NCBI GenBank assembly: GCA_013239625.1
Contig: MU053652.1
Location: 4,949,902 to 5,013,901, forward strand
Length of the DNA stretch: 64,000 bases
Source of the DNA: Lama guanicoe
Lineage: Eukaryota
Direction of reading: 5' to 3'
Under the pieces are notes generated by a model. That model searched no databases. It was given only the letters and a program-made list of their open reading frames with translations, and was not told where the DNA came from. Below, piece by piece: positions 10,501-23,585 of this stretch. Position 1 is the stretch's first letter; every line of letters begins with the position of its first letter. The position numbers and the translations under genes were made by a program.

Positions 10501-13500
10501 GGCCTTTCATGCTAGTACTTTATATCTGTGCTTAATGCGCTCAGACAGATGGTGCCCACTCCTGACTTCAAACTGCTAGAGCTGAGAAATGAGGCAACTT
10601 TTTCTCTCTGACCATAGATGTTCCAGGGCATGTGCTGTGACGGTAGCCCCAACAGCTAACAAACAGAAAGCAACATTTGTTGCTCAGGCCGCCCTCCCCA
10701 TTCCCTACAAAAGTGAAGAGTTGTGAAGAACAGGTATCCCTGTGCAAGGAAGGCTTGCAGGAGCTCCATCGTGTCAGAAGTCTGCTCAAGGTCAACACGA
10801 CCACTGGAGAAGCAGAGACGTCCAGGGCTCTGCTTCCACCTGCCCTGGCACTGTAAGCAACGGGACCCTCACAAGGAACGCTCAGGCAGCCCAGGCTGAC
10901 TCGGGGCCTGCTCCAAACCAAGAGTCTAAGAAGCTAGTGAATGCCTCCTCTTCCCCCATCTCAACAATTCTCTCTTGGGGAATAGAGTGGCCCTGGCTAG
11001 AATTTTATTACCTACATTTAATTAGAATGTGTCTCCTTCATGATGGTTTCAAGCAAAGTCCCAACGGAAACATTCTTTAAAAAAAACCAAAAAACCGCAG
11101 CCGCTTTCAGCCAAGGATCTTTTAACCAAGTTAATTTTTCAGAAATTTGCCATCTTGGATTGGGTAGAGTTACCTCTTTTTTCAACTTCAAAGCTGGGAA
11201 GAAAGGGGAGGTGAGGAACGCAGAGAAATAAAGAGGAGGGCGGGGGCTTTGGAGCAAATGAGTTTCCATCTATTAGAGAGCGGTAATTTCTGCTAGCTCC
11301 CCTAGAGACCGGTCCCCTCCAATAATGGCTTGACTTTAATGATTCCCACTCCTAAGCAACAGCCTGTGTTCTGCTGGTGTTGAGATGAACAGTGCCAGAG
11401 AAATTCCCCTTCTCTCGGAGCTGCTGCTGTTATCAATATGCAGGAGAGGTTACCAGCCAGGAGTATGTGCTCTTGGCGGGGACACAAAGATAACCAGAGA
11501 ATGTACCTCTCTCACAGGCATGGTACTGCTGACCTAGGACAAAAAAGGCTGAGAGACAGGCTAGAGGTGAGTGGTACGATGAAAGGGCAGACACTCTGGA
11601 CAGGCTGGAGAAGAGAAAGGAAAAGCTCAGGCACCTCCTGCGGAGTTGATGAACTCAATGCGGGGCAGAGGCAGAGAAGGTCTTAGGGGTGTGGAGTGTT
11701 TGGGTTAAGCTCAGGCATAATGAACAAAAACAAAGAGCAGCTGAGATAGGTGACATGGTAGCAGGTAAGCTGGAAGAGTAGGGAATACATTTCACGTCCC
11801 TAAATATCGGTCACGTTCAGGAAAAAGCACCAGCAAGTGGGCTAACACTGAAACTGGGGTGGTGACTAATACTGAGGCTGCAGTGTCAGTCGGGGGGGGG
11901 TGGTCCTCTCGTTCTGCCCTCTCCCCTTTCATGCATGCAAGTCGGTGGGAAAGCTAATCCTGTGGCCCTAGTGATTGCTGAGGCTGCTGCCAGCAGGTCT
12001 GGGGTAGGGGGTGGGGAGCCCCCTTACTTTGCCCCGGGGGGCTTCCCTGTGATGGAGACGGACTGCTTCCAGAGGCTGCCTTGCCAGATGTGCTAGCAGG
12101 CAGCCCGGCCAGAGAGCCTGCAGTGCAGACAGATGCCCTGGGCCATATTCAGAATGGCGAGACCCTTTATGGTACTGCGGCTCAGCTCTGGGGCAGTGCC
12201 AGAATAATGTTCCTCAGCCAGATTCATTTTACCCCAAACCTCTTCAAATATGTGGGCCATGGAGAGAAGCAAATTTAATTAAATTACTGTGTCATGGGCT
12301 GCCCTTTCCGGGCAAGGGCTAAAAACGGTCATGCTGACATGTAGACCCATCTGTGTACACAGGGCACGCACACGTTTCTTTGTGCTTGGCTGTCAGCAGC
12401 TGGACGGGGGTGGCAGTGTCCAGCGCTGGCCCCGGTGAGCTGGCCTCTTTGCCGCAGCGAGAGAGAGTCAATACTAATCCGGCCCAGGCCCCGCATGGCT
12501 CTGATGACCTTTTCCTTTCTACTTAAAAGATGACTGAGCGGCACTCCCCCTTCTTACATCAGTTCATTTCTCCTCAAATGCCTCTCTCGCTGACACCCAG
12601 GACTTTCCTGTCAGGCGGTGCCCTGTGCTGAGCTGGGGCAGGACTGAATCTGCAGGGAGGTGTGATTCAGAATGGAGCACGGGCAGGGTTTGTTGAGCTT
12701 GGCAGGAGATGGAGGGGTCTCCCTGGTGACTCTCTAGAGTGCTACTTCAGCACTTCCCTACTGGCAACTCCGTGCTGGATACAGAACCACTTTCGGGTGC
12801 CAGAGCACAGGAGCAAAGCTTTCTCTCCCCCGCCCCTGCATGGATGTCATGGCTGATACAGAATCTGACCATCACACAGAGGCAAGGAACTTCAGTATCA
12901 ACCAGAACCATTTAATACGTGGAAATCAGCACCCCAAACACACGCGGGCTGTGCTGTACTTGTCAGCCTCGCAAGGCCATCTCATTTCTGTTCTGGAAGT
13001 TCAGACCTCACTGCTCCAGCTTACAGATACCACGAGGGCGAAGAGCCTGCCCGAGCAGAGCTGCTGGAGCTCGGGTTTCCTTTGGCTGCTGGGAAGTGGC
13101 CAGAGGTGGACTTGGGTGTGGTGTGTGGAGTGGGAGACCCCGAGGGGGACCCGTAGGGGTGGCTTTTCCATTTGGAACTGAGACCCAGGAAGAATCAGCT
13201 GGGGAATCTTTTCTGTACTTGTCCCGGGAGAGAACAGAGCCACCTCTCATGCCTAAAGCTCTAGTGAATGCAACACATGGAGCCTGCGAGGAACAGGAAC
13301 AATCTTCCTGGGCAATCTGCAGGTGTACTCAGGCAGCCCCTCGGGCCCAGGCATGCTGGCATCAAGCAGACACCCAGATGACGTGAGCAGTGCAGGCAGC
13401 TCTGGGAGTCGTGGTGGCCCTCTAGGTCCCCGGCTTGGCAGGTTTACGGGCAGTGCCACAGTGAGCTTCGAGGGCTGAAGACGGCCAGGACCTCCCCACC

Positions 13501-16019
13501 CCAATCTCCAAGCCTCTGAATCACCCTTACGTGACAAGGACCTCAGCGGGGTGGAGACAGAGCTCTGCTGTCCTCTAGACATTGTACTTGGTAGCTCCAG
13601 GGCCGCTCTCCCTCCTAAGTGGAGGTACAGGGTGGGGTGGCAGTGTATTGGCTGCAGGTTTTTGCTGGGTAAGGTTTTTGGCTACAAAAAAGTTAAAGGG
13701 TTAAGACAAATACTGTCAATCTCTGATCCTTGGGAACTGACTCAAGAACCTGGACTGTGCCGGCAGTTCTAAATGACTAGAATTTGTGGATTGAAAACAA
13801 AAGCAGGCAGATCACTAAAATGTGGTCAGAAGAGAATGGGCCCAAGAGAGTTAAGTCTCCCGTGGTTAACAGGTTAAGCAACAGTTGTAGCAGGAAGAGA
13901 AAGCAACATATAATACTAGACAGAAGCCCTGGAAAATGGGGCCATCCCGAAGCACCTGAAACCAACCAGTCTGGGGATACCTGTCATGTGGCTTTGGAGA
14001 AACAAAAAGGTTCCTAGGTACTGGACAATGGTAAAGGCTCCTTCCTTCCTTCCTTACCAAATCAGAAAGAAGAGCGCAGACCCCGCCCCTTGGTGCAGCT
14101 AACCGTGGTGTCTGGAGTGGAATAAGGCCCCTTAATTCCATTCAATCCACTGTCTCATGCTTCCCAGGACGAGGGCTCACAAACGGCTGGTTCTAATTGT
14201 AGGGGTAGAAGCAGAAACCTCTTCAGGCAGCCTGTCTTCTTTATTCACTTTGTTATTGGTCCTTGGGTGCCAATAAAGATAGATTGTATCAGTATCAAGG
14301 ATGAAAAATATCCTTAATCCTGAAGAAAATGCTCCAAATTATAGAGGGAGGAGGTAATGTATTTCAGTCCTGATACTCCCCCATGAAAAGGGTTGGCTTT
14401 AGGGGCCGTGTTTAAGCAGCTTCAGACTAGGACAGTTTTCTCCAATAGAGCAGAATGCTTGAAATAATGTGAGCTAAGAAGCCTCAGGGTAAATCATGGG
14501 AATATGGGCCTTACTGCAGCAATGGCATTCCAATAGCTGTAGGGCTCCCTTAAGTTTACAGGGGACCCGAATGAGCCAAAGCTGCACAGGTGGGCGAGAA
14601 GCCTGCTGCCACAGCATCCCTCCCTGCTGCAGGCTGTTGCCAGACAGTATGGCTGAGGGTCTCGTTCAGGCTGGGCCTGCTAGATGGGACCCCCGTTCCT
14701 GCGCCTCGCCTGTGGCTTGGCAGGGAGCCAGCATCGGGAAAGGCAGAGTGAGGCCCCAGCCCTGCTGCGGCATATCTTTCATTGTGTACAAGGTCACCCA
14801 TGACCCCCCTCACATCTGTTATCTGCCACTTCATTTCTCTTGGAGAGGGACAAGGAAAAAGGAAAGGGACTGATTACAGGCACCACCTTTTGGCACCTGG
14901 AGCCAATCTGAGAAACCCAGGGGCCACAGAGAAGTTGCTCAGTCTGTGTTAAAGGGAGAAGAGGGGAGGAAAAGGATTGGTGATTTCTGACACTTGCTCT
15001 CGCCACTGAGTCTCAGCTCTTCTTAGGAGGCAGAGTGGGTAGAACTAAAGCTACATGCAAAAACAACTTAGCTCTCATGCAGGCTGGCAAGTGTTTTCTG
15101 CATAATCTGAATTTAGACCTTGTTATACCCTAGTCCTATGTAGTTCAGATTATAAAAAATTTTCTTTAGCATGTCATCTGGGTTAATATGCTCGAGCTTG
15201 AACTAAGAGTGGTCTTCATGGTAGCCCCAGGCTGACCTGCAGGGGAGGCCTGGCCCAGCCCCTTCATCTCTGGGAAAGCAGGGCAGGAGAAGGATGGGAG
15301 TGGCGGACGTCACTGGATAGGGCTGGGGCCATCNNNNNNNNNNNNNNNNNNNNNNNNNNNNNNNNNNNNNNNNNNNNNNNNNNNNNNNNNNNNNNNNNNN
15401 NNNNNNNNNNNNNNNNNNNNNNNNNNNNNNNNNNNNNNNNNNNNNNNNNNNNNNNNNNNNNNNNNNNNNNNNNAAATAAGGACTTAAAGCTGGAAATATC
15501 TGACAAGATACAGAGGGAAGGGGGGAAGCTGTCTGGGACTTCAACTGGTGTCTGGCCTTGCCTCTCACTGCTAAGGCAGACGTTCCTGCTACTGGAGGGT
15601 GGGAGGTGATACCTGGGAGCTGGTGGGTGTTATCCAGGTGAGCATACCTTGAGCTACATTAAAAAAAAATTTTTTTTCCATCTTAAATTGCAAAGACATC
15701 TCTGGACTGTTCTCCCTCATGAATGCCTCTCTTCAAAACAAAATCGAACCACTGTCCACAGATATCTATCTCCCCTCCAGTCACCTGCCCAAGGTTAAGA
15801 AGCACTGGGCTGTGTGTGTGCATGTGGGGGCTGTGGCTGCACCATCAATCACACAGTCTGGGATGGGAGTCGTGCCTCAGAACTAGCTGAGGAAGGCGAC
15901 ACAGGGAAGCCCAGAAGCGGCAAGCACGTTTTGCTCTCCCACCCTCCTTGGTGGGGGAAAGGAGGCCAGCAGTGGGATGTTCAAGTGCTGTCACATCCTT
16001 CGCGTGAGGACTCTCTGAG

Positions 16020-16182
16020 ACTGTGGTTGTCGGTCCCAAGTACACATTACCCGCTTGAGGGAGCTGTTAAAAAATACCAATGTTCAGACTCTAGATGAGA
16101 TACGCTGGAGACAGTACTTTGATATTTCAAAAATACATCCAAGGTGATTTGGGCCACGCCTCTGCTCTAAACTTGAGAGAGC
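16020..16182. mobile_element. MER5-like hAT-Charlie DNA transposon relic
   Basis: gtggtt...gggagctgttaaaaaatac...ccaaggtgatt...ttgagag resembles MER5. Confidence 0.5.
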
Positions 16183-16704
16183 AGACTCAAGGGAGAAGAC
16201 TCCGTGGTCAGACAGGACAGCCCTGTCACTAACTCCAGACGCTCTTCTTGTACATGGGTTTGCTTAAGCTGAGCTAGCGGCCCTGAGGTTTCACTGAAGT
16301 TCAGGAGAGTAACTTCAAGGAAACTGGACAGGTATCTTGGCCCTGAAACAACAAAGGGAAACCCTCCTTCAAACATATCACTCTCCTCAGAGCCCCTTGC
16401 AAGGAGGGACAGAGGGCAGATTGTTCAGAGGCCCATGAATATCAAGTGGGAGAAACTGAGGCACAGAGAAAATACCATTTATTCCAAAGAAAAGTGGGAG
16501 GAGAACAAATAGCAAGTTTCTCTTTAGCCCTGACCAGCCAGAAACCTTCCCTGGTCACAGACTGCTCTACACACTGACTCGGGCTGGGCTCCAGGTCACT
16601 GCACAGTTTAGGTTCCTAAGCCTAAGAGAACAAGAAACGGCTTTTTTCAATGTTCGGTTTCTGACGCCGAGCCTACTGGCTCTCCCTGCCACAGGCCTTC
16701 TTTG

Positions 16705-16830
16705 GTTCACTTCATTCCTGTGCTTATTTAGTCTAGTGACGGGCACCGGGCCAGGTGCTGGGGAACAATGGAGATGAAAGACTCGGACCTTGCCCTTGGA
16801 GAGCTCAGTACAACGGGGGAAACAACGAAG
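16705..16830 (-). mobile_element. L2 3'-end fragment
   Basis: ttcacttcattc...gccaggtgctggggaacaatggagatgaaagac...tgcccttggagagctcag. Confidence 0.6.
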
Positions 16831-17939
16831 ATGGAAAGTCTAAGAGCAGCGACAGGGGAGATACGGACTGGGGGGCAGCACGGAGTCAGGGAAAGCTGCC
16901 TCCTCCCGTCCAAACAGTGCCTGTGAGGCTGCTCGTTCTTACGTGGAAGAAACTTCCCCCAGTCGGAATTCTGGATGTAGGCACTGGACGGTGGCAGGAC
17001 CAATAGTGACTCAGACCCTGGGGGGAAGACAGATGCTCCAGGCCCTCCTACAGAGGCGCAGGAGGTGACTGCTGCGTCTCTCTCAAGCTGGCGTTTGCTG
17101 AAAGGACTGTCTCCAGGCTTCCCCTGGGAGTGGGAAGGAGGGCCCCCGGGCTCTCAGGAAATACTACTGGTAGCGGAGCTCTGGGCTGTCTGACCTCGGC
17201 AGTTGGTAGCCTTTCCTCTGCTTCAGCTTCCCTTAGCAACACACAGCCTTGCTGAACGTTTAGGTGTCATCACAAAGCCCCCAGAGTAAAGAAGAGCCAG
17301 CAGCTTGCCCCTGAACAAAGGGTCCTGAGCAAGGCTGTGCTGTGTGGATGGAGCATGGAAGCTTCCAGCTCCACTTAGCTGGGCTGCAGCAAGCTGCTGT
17401 TTGCCCCACCTGCTGAGCAGAATTCTGCTTGGGAGTTGGAATAGGCACTGAGGACACAAAAGAGCCATCACAGACTTGCATGCAGACTCCTGGGGGTGAG
17501 GGAATGGGCAAGTTTCAGCCCCCCTACACCCAGCCCAGCTTCAGGAAAATCCCACTAGGTATAGTGATGAACACGAGGCACTTAGGACTCTCCTGTGGCA
17601 TATGTCACAATGCAGCCATCTTCCATCTCCCTGTGTGGCAAGGGAGGTCCTCAGGGTGGAGTGTGGGAATGCTGGCAGGCAAACTACACGGCACAGCAGC
17701 TCTCAGAGCTGGGTGACACCCAGGTCAGTCGGTGCAAGAGCCAAAGCAGTCTAGCTGTCCACTCTGGACTCCGATTACAGACACAGGTCTAGATTGTTCT
17801 TCATGCCCGTCCTGCTCCTCACCTAACCAAGAGTTTCAGGTCCGGATTATTTATGGGAACTCATCCTGAAAGGTCAGTCTTAGATTATTCAAAATCAGAG
17901 CTGATCTAGGGTATGGAGATCCAAATTTAATCTCTCAAA

Positions 17940-18437
17940 CCACTGGTTCTCAACCTTGGCTGAACATTAGAATCACCTGGGGAGCTTTTAAATTAAAACA
18001 ATTTTTTTATTATTAAAAAAACCCTTTTGATTGGAAAAATGTGAAACACTGGAGAGAGAGAATCGTCATGAACTCCCATATACCAACCATGCAGACTTAA
18101 CAGTTATCAAGCTTGTCATATTTGGTTCACCTATCCCCCTTTTTCTTTGTTGAAGTATTTTAAAGCCTATCCCAGACATGATGTCACTTCGCCCTTCCAA
18201 ACTTCAGCATGCATCTCTAAAAAATATGGCCATTTTCTTATATAACCACAACGCCATTAGCACACCTAACACAATCAACAGAATGATTCTTTGGTATCAC
18301 CGAATATACCTGCAGAACTTAAAAAGCTGGTGCTTGATGATGCCAGAAGCATTGGAGAGAGGCCCGGGTATCTGTCTCTTTCCTAAGCCTCCTGCAGCCC
18401 CTAACTCCAGTGTGCAGCTGGGGCTGAGAGCCACTGC
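17940..18437. mobile_element. MER5A-like element interrupted by an L1M fragment
   Basis: Left end ctggttctcaaccttggctgaacattagaatcacctggggagcttttaaa; right end gtgtgcagctggggctgagagccactg. Confidence 0.7.
18000..18310 (-). mobile_element. Ancient L1M 3'UTR fragment
   Basis: T-rich start; gaagtattttaaag...ttcagcatgcatctctaaaaaat...cttatataaccacaacgccatt is typical of L1M 3' ends. Confidence 0.7.
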
Positions 18438-19614
18438 CCATCACTCCTGGACCCTGCTATGGGGTCTGACATGACTCGATTGTCCTATAGGCCCTGATCA
18501 CGTGGTATAATTAAACAAAGTCAAGGAAAAGGTGACAAGTCATAGACCAGGATGAAAGGGAGGAAAACAAAAGGACTAGAAAGTTATTAGCAAGCCACAG
18601 AACAGAATCCCTTGTACAATGTGAGGCTGCCTGTACCTTTAGGAGTCGAGGCCAACTCATAGGAGCCCCAGAACCATCAAAGGTCTGAGAGGCTTGGAAG
18701 GAGAGTTGCTGCCAGCTGCCCAGAGGGCCCAGCACCTCACACCAGGCCAGTCTGCATTATGCCACCTCTATTTCCAGCTCCTCTCCCTTCTGTACACACT
18801 GTCCCTCTGGCCTAGTATTCTGGGCAAACTCTAAGCCTCAGCACCTGGCCTTGGACAGGAGTAATCACGCCTGTGGTGATGGGGCTGCATCAAAATGTTT
18901 TGGGTGTGGGCATGGAGGGCTGGGACCATAGCCTTCAATTTTACTTACCTCGTTTAAAAAATAACTAAAACAAAATATCCTGCAAAAAGATGAGACTGTA
19001 TCATTACAGCTAAAAATACCTCTACTGAGGGCGTCCGCTCACCAGCTCCTCAGTCAGAGACGCTACAGGGCCCTTTGTGAGCTGCGCAGTGCTGGCAGCA
19101 CCACAGGGGCTCTGGGTGGCTGCAGATGATCCCTGGAGCGGTGACTAGTGACTGCTGGGTGGAGGGAGGCTGGCGAACAACTAAGCCAGCTAGGATGATC
19201 GGCACTCGTCAAGGAACTCCCACATCCTTCCTTTGCTTTGTGGACTCACTGCCCAAGCACCTCTGCTACCTCCTGTAACAGGCTGAGATGCCATCTCTGA
19301 GGATGACCCGAAGTAACTGGGTACTGTTGCTGACTCCTGGAGGTTCACAAGAGTACAGTAACAACCAGGAGGGGGCGATGCCACCCAGTCTGACTCAAGG
19401 TGTGTCTGTGCTGGACAACGTCCAAGCATTAGTGGTTAACTAGACACAGGTGAGGCCTCTTGTGACCTCAGGGAAGGGATGCTTTAAATGTAGGCTTGAC
19501 ACCTAAAGGGAATAATGGGGTGGAGGTATAGGGCTTCAAGGCAAAGAAGGCCTCTTTCTCTGGATCTCTTTTCTTGGTCCTCTAAGCACCCAGAGGTCAT
19601 TCACTCTAGAACAG

Positions 19615-19745
19615 TCGTTTTTACTGGAGAAGATGGAGCCTTGGGAGGATGATTCTCGTTAAGGTCAGGGATTTAGGAAATGCAGAAGCCAGGACTTAAA
19701 CGTGGGGTTTTTGATTATAAGTCTAGTGCTCTGTTCCACTACGTG
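19615..19745 (-). mobile_element. MIR fragment
   Basis: aaggtcaggg...gcagaagccaggacttaaac...tctagtgctctgttccactac. Confidence 0.55.
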
Positions 19746-20309
19746 ATGTCATTCCAATGAGTGGACTCACTCTAAGCATTCAACAAGTGCTGAAGCAGCT
19801 GTGGGAAAAGTTATCGTCACAGTTCAGGGACCTCAAGGTGAGTGTTCCCTGGATGACCTGAAATTCTGCCATCCCTGCAGGTTCTAGAGAACTCAAGGGT
19901 CGGATTCAGCAACTGAATCAGATATGCAGTGGGGACAGTGACAGTACCGCAGATCTGTGATCTCAGCCAGAGATCCAAAGCCATTCCCTTCTTTTCTGCC
20001 TGGGAGAGTAGGAAACACCTGGTATTTAGCCCGACTCTGGGCTGTCAGGAGAAAAGGGGGGCAAGGACGAGGCTGCCGGCTTTGATGCAGGCGCCATTCT
20101 CCTTTCTTATTTCGTGGCATTGTGTATCACCCTCATGAAAGAATTTGGAAGCTTAAGTCAAGAGCATGAGAGACTGGGTCAGGAAAAAAGTGTTGGGAAA
20201 AAACAGCCAGAGGTATGGGAGAAGGTACTGATTGCTTCAGGAAGAAGGGTGAAATGCAAATCGAACATTTCCTGAGTGCTCAGTGTGGGCAAAAATGGTC
20301 TAAAGTCTT

Positions 20310-20494
20310 CTGCTGCCCAGTATGGTGGCCACTAACTATATGTGGCTGTTTAAATCATGCAACATTCCGTGTCTCTATTACACTAACCACATTTCAAGTG
20401 CACAATATCCAGAAGTGGTTAGTGGCTACTATACTGGACAGCACAGATAAAGAACATCTCCACCACTGAAGTAAGTTCGATTGGACAGTGCTGG
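20310..20494. mobile_element. MER3 (hAT-Charlie)
   Basis: cactaaccacatttcaagtg...gttagtggctactatactggacagcacagata...ttggacagtgctg. Confidence 0.8.
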
Positions 20495-23400
20495 CAGACT
20501 CTCATTTCTCGCTGGCCACAGTGAGGACTTTCTGAAACCCTTTTGGGGAAGCACTGAACTGGGGGAAGCTAGAGGGTGTCATTATTCACTCTCCAGCAAA
20601 CCTACTAAACCTGAAACCTCAAAAGCGTAGAGCAACTAGGAGCATGAATCCACCAGTGTACTGGGCTCACCAGGCACTCACCCTCTCTCTCCAGGGCCTC
20701 ATCTGCATGTTCACAGCCATCCTGACCTTTGCATATTTTATTTCGTTTCTATTTTATGCTGTTTTAATTGATGTTTAATACAGCTTAACTCTGCGTGGTG
20801 TTCAAAGCCCCTCACCAGGGGGCCATTCACAGGCAGAAGCACAATTAATAGCAATCCCCAGAAAATTATGCCCTGTATCAAAGTTGTCATTGCACCATAT
20901 AAATGCTTATTATTCCTATTGAATTCTCCAGCCCTGANNNNNNNNNNNNNNNNNNNNNNNNNNNNNNNNNNNNNNNNNNNNNNNNNNNNNNNNNNNNNNN
21001 NNNNNNNNNNNNNNNNNNNNNNNNNNNNNNNNNNNNNNNNNNNNNNNNNNNNNNNNNNNNNNNNNNNNNNNNNNNNNAAAAAATCAGAGTTAATAAAAAA
21101 AAAATTGCCGGAAAATGTAATTAGTTCCTCCCCCACTTGCCAACCCCATGAAAGACAGACAGACATCACCGTCAACAAGATGGGTCACCAGCCTCAGCTA
21201 CAGAGTGGAGGGGAAACCCGGACCCTGAGAACACAGCATGGCTTTTGGATCAGCCTCCTGTGAGAGCAGAGGGGGCAGGTCTAAGAGCACAGGGTGCTGG
21301 GAGGGAAGGAGGGCACCCAGGGTCCACCCTGTGCCTGGGCTGAATGCGACCAGAACACAGGGCTTGAGTTTGAGGAGCACTTCCAGCTGGGAAATCTGAC
21401 CTCCCCACCAACTCTCTCGGTGAAAAAACAAAGCAAAACAGTACTGTAACCCCCACCCCCAACACACCCATATACAGAGAAAAAAGAAAGAAAACCCCTT
21501 CAACTTACAACAGTGAGGACTGTCGTTTCTTTTGGGCTTTTCTGAAACTTAGCTTTTGGCATGAAGACAGCAGCTTTTCTACGTATCAGGAAAAACAATG
21601 GAAAATTCCAGGTGGGTCAGACACCTGTCCTCCTCCCTCTCGGGCATGCCTTCTCATCCTGTGTGCCGTGTGCTTGGCACCCTCTTCATAGGACCCCGAG
21701 GCCCCGATGACCCCCTCCTGACTCAGCCTCTTGTCCTCTCACGGAAACAGCGTGCAGAGAACACATGTGCTGACCCCTTGTGCCCGCCCGTCCCGGACAC
21801 CTCACTCCCTCGTACAGGACATCTCGCACTGTGAGTGGACGGACAGGTGGTGGCGGCTGCTGTCAGGGAGGCAGGTGGGGGGGTGCAGGGAGGAGCAACA
21901 GGATGGGAGTGTGGAGACCTGCACTCTCCCAGGAAGTGCCCTGTGAATGTGCCCCAGGGATCACCTGCTTCCAGGCTCAGTGCTCTCAACTATGAAGCTG
22001 TTTGTGGACTGGATGATATAACGACCAGGGGCCTCAGAGCTATAAACTGCTCTAATTCGGTATTCGGAAGGCTGTGTGCTCCAGTCCTTGGAAGCTGAAT
22101 GGGTCATGCTTACTTCTATTTATAGTCCATTTTTTATTTTTGCACTCAATGCTCTATGGAGAAATGTAGATTTCTATTCTAAATTCTTCTGACAAAGGAA
22201 AAGCTCTATTTTAGCTTGTTTGACAGGGAAATGTTTCTAACTAGACTGCATCTCCCAGATTTTATTTGTTTTGCCTTCTTGCACCTTTGCCTAAAAAAAG
22301 AAGTTTCTAAAAAATCAGTAATGCTTTCTGTGCTCAGGCAGAGCAGGGATGAGGCTGCCTTGGCCAAAGAAAGATGGTGCCCATCTTGGGCCCCAGTGGA
22401 GCAGGACTATCTGCCATCTGCCACACTCACTGCCTCGTCTCCAAATCGGGCCGGTTCTGTAGTTTGATGCAAATATTTGGAGCTGAGCCACTAGCACGTC
22501 CCACCCATGGCAAGCCTTGAACCCTTTGTACGCTGGCTGCCAAGTCGATCTGAAAGCCGGGAGCCACTTTCCAGCTTAGGAGAAAAGCATGTGCATTAAG
22601 TGGAAACAGATTTTTCTCTTCCCTCCTCGCCTCACCTCCAGCCATTTTGAAAGCTTTAGACTGAAAGGGAAGAAAGGAAGACCTGCCCGACGAAGCCGAG
22701 GAAGGTAATGGAATTGAGACTTCCCTCATCCCATCTAGGCAGGCCAGGATGGTTTATTAATGATCCACAGGAAAAGAACAATCGTCCTGCTGGCAGCTTC
22801 AAGTGTAATTAACCAGCTTCACGGAGAGCTGGCTGCCTTCTCCGGGCCTGGCACCTGCAGACCGCAGTGCTACCTGACAAAGCAGCACCTACTGGGAGAG
22901 GGGCATCCAAGTAGTGACCTCAACCCACTGGGCACCCACTCAGACACGTGGCTGCCACGGCAGTGCTCCTCTGGAAAAGCCTGGCCCTGTGCTTGGTCTG
23001 ACACCAAAGACTGCAAGCTACCTGATGGCAACACCCAGCCCTGGGAACCACGACTCCTGTGACATGCCCGCTCAGGTGAGTGCTCCCTCTGCTGGGTGGC
23101 GGAGGTCAGGGAGCAGGGGCAGCTTCTCGGTAGCTCTCTAAATACTCCAAGCCCAAACTCTACAGACTGCGGTTTCTGGAACTGGCTTACACTGAGGAGG
23201 GGCTGAGAGGGCTGAACAGTTGTGCCTGGTGGACAACAGGTGCTTTGGTGTAAGGGTGTGTGCTAAAGAACCAGCGAAATTCAAACTCCGCTGCAGGAAG
23301 AGAAAAGAGGCTGGGTTAGCCCAGTGTTGCTCTTCTAGTCAGGGCCAACTTCCCTCTTAAGTGCCCCTGGGATTCAGAGACCCCTGGGCGTCCCACCATA

Positions 23401-23553
23401 AGTATTTGCAATTCCAGATGCAGTTATAAAAATGAACTCTTCAGTGTGTGGCACCTGAAATGTCACAGAGCAGGTGGGGGTGAGAGTGGGGGGGTCTCCA
23501 TCACCTTTCCCAAGTTAAGAGTCAGAGGGTGTTTCTACTGAGGGAGAACAGAA

Positions 23554-23585
23554 ACACACACACACACACACACACAAATACACAC
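23554..23585. repeat. (CA)n microsatellite
   Basis: Direct reading. Confidence 0.9.
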
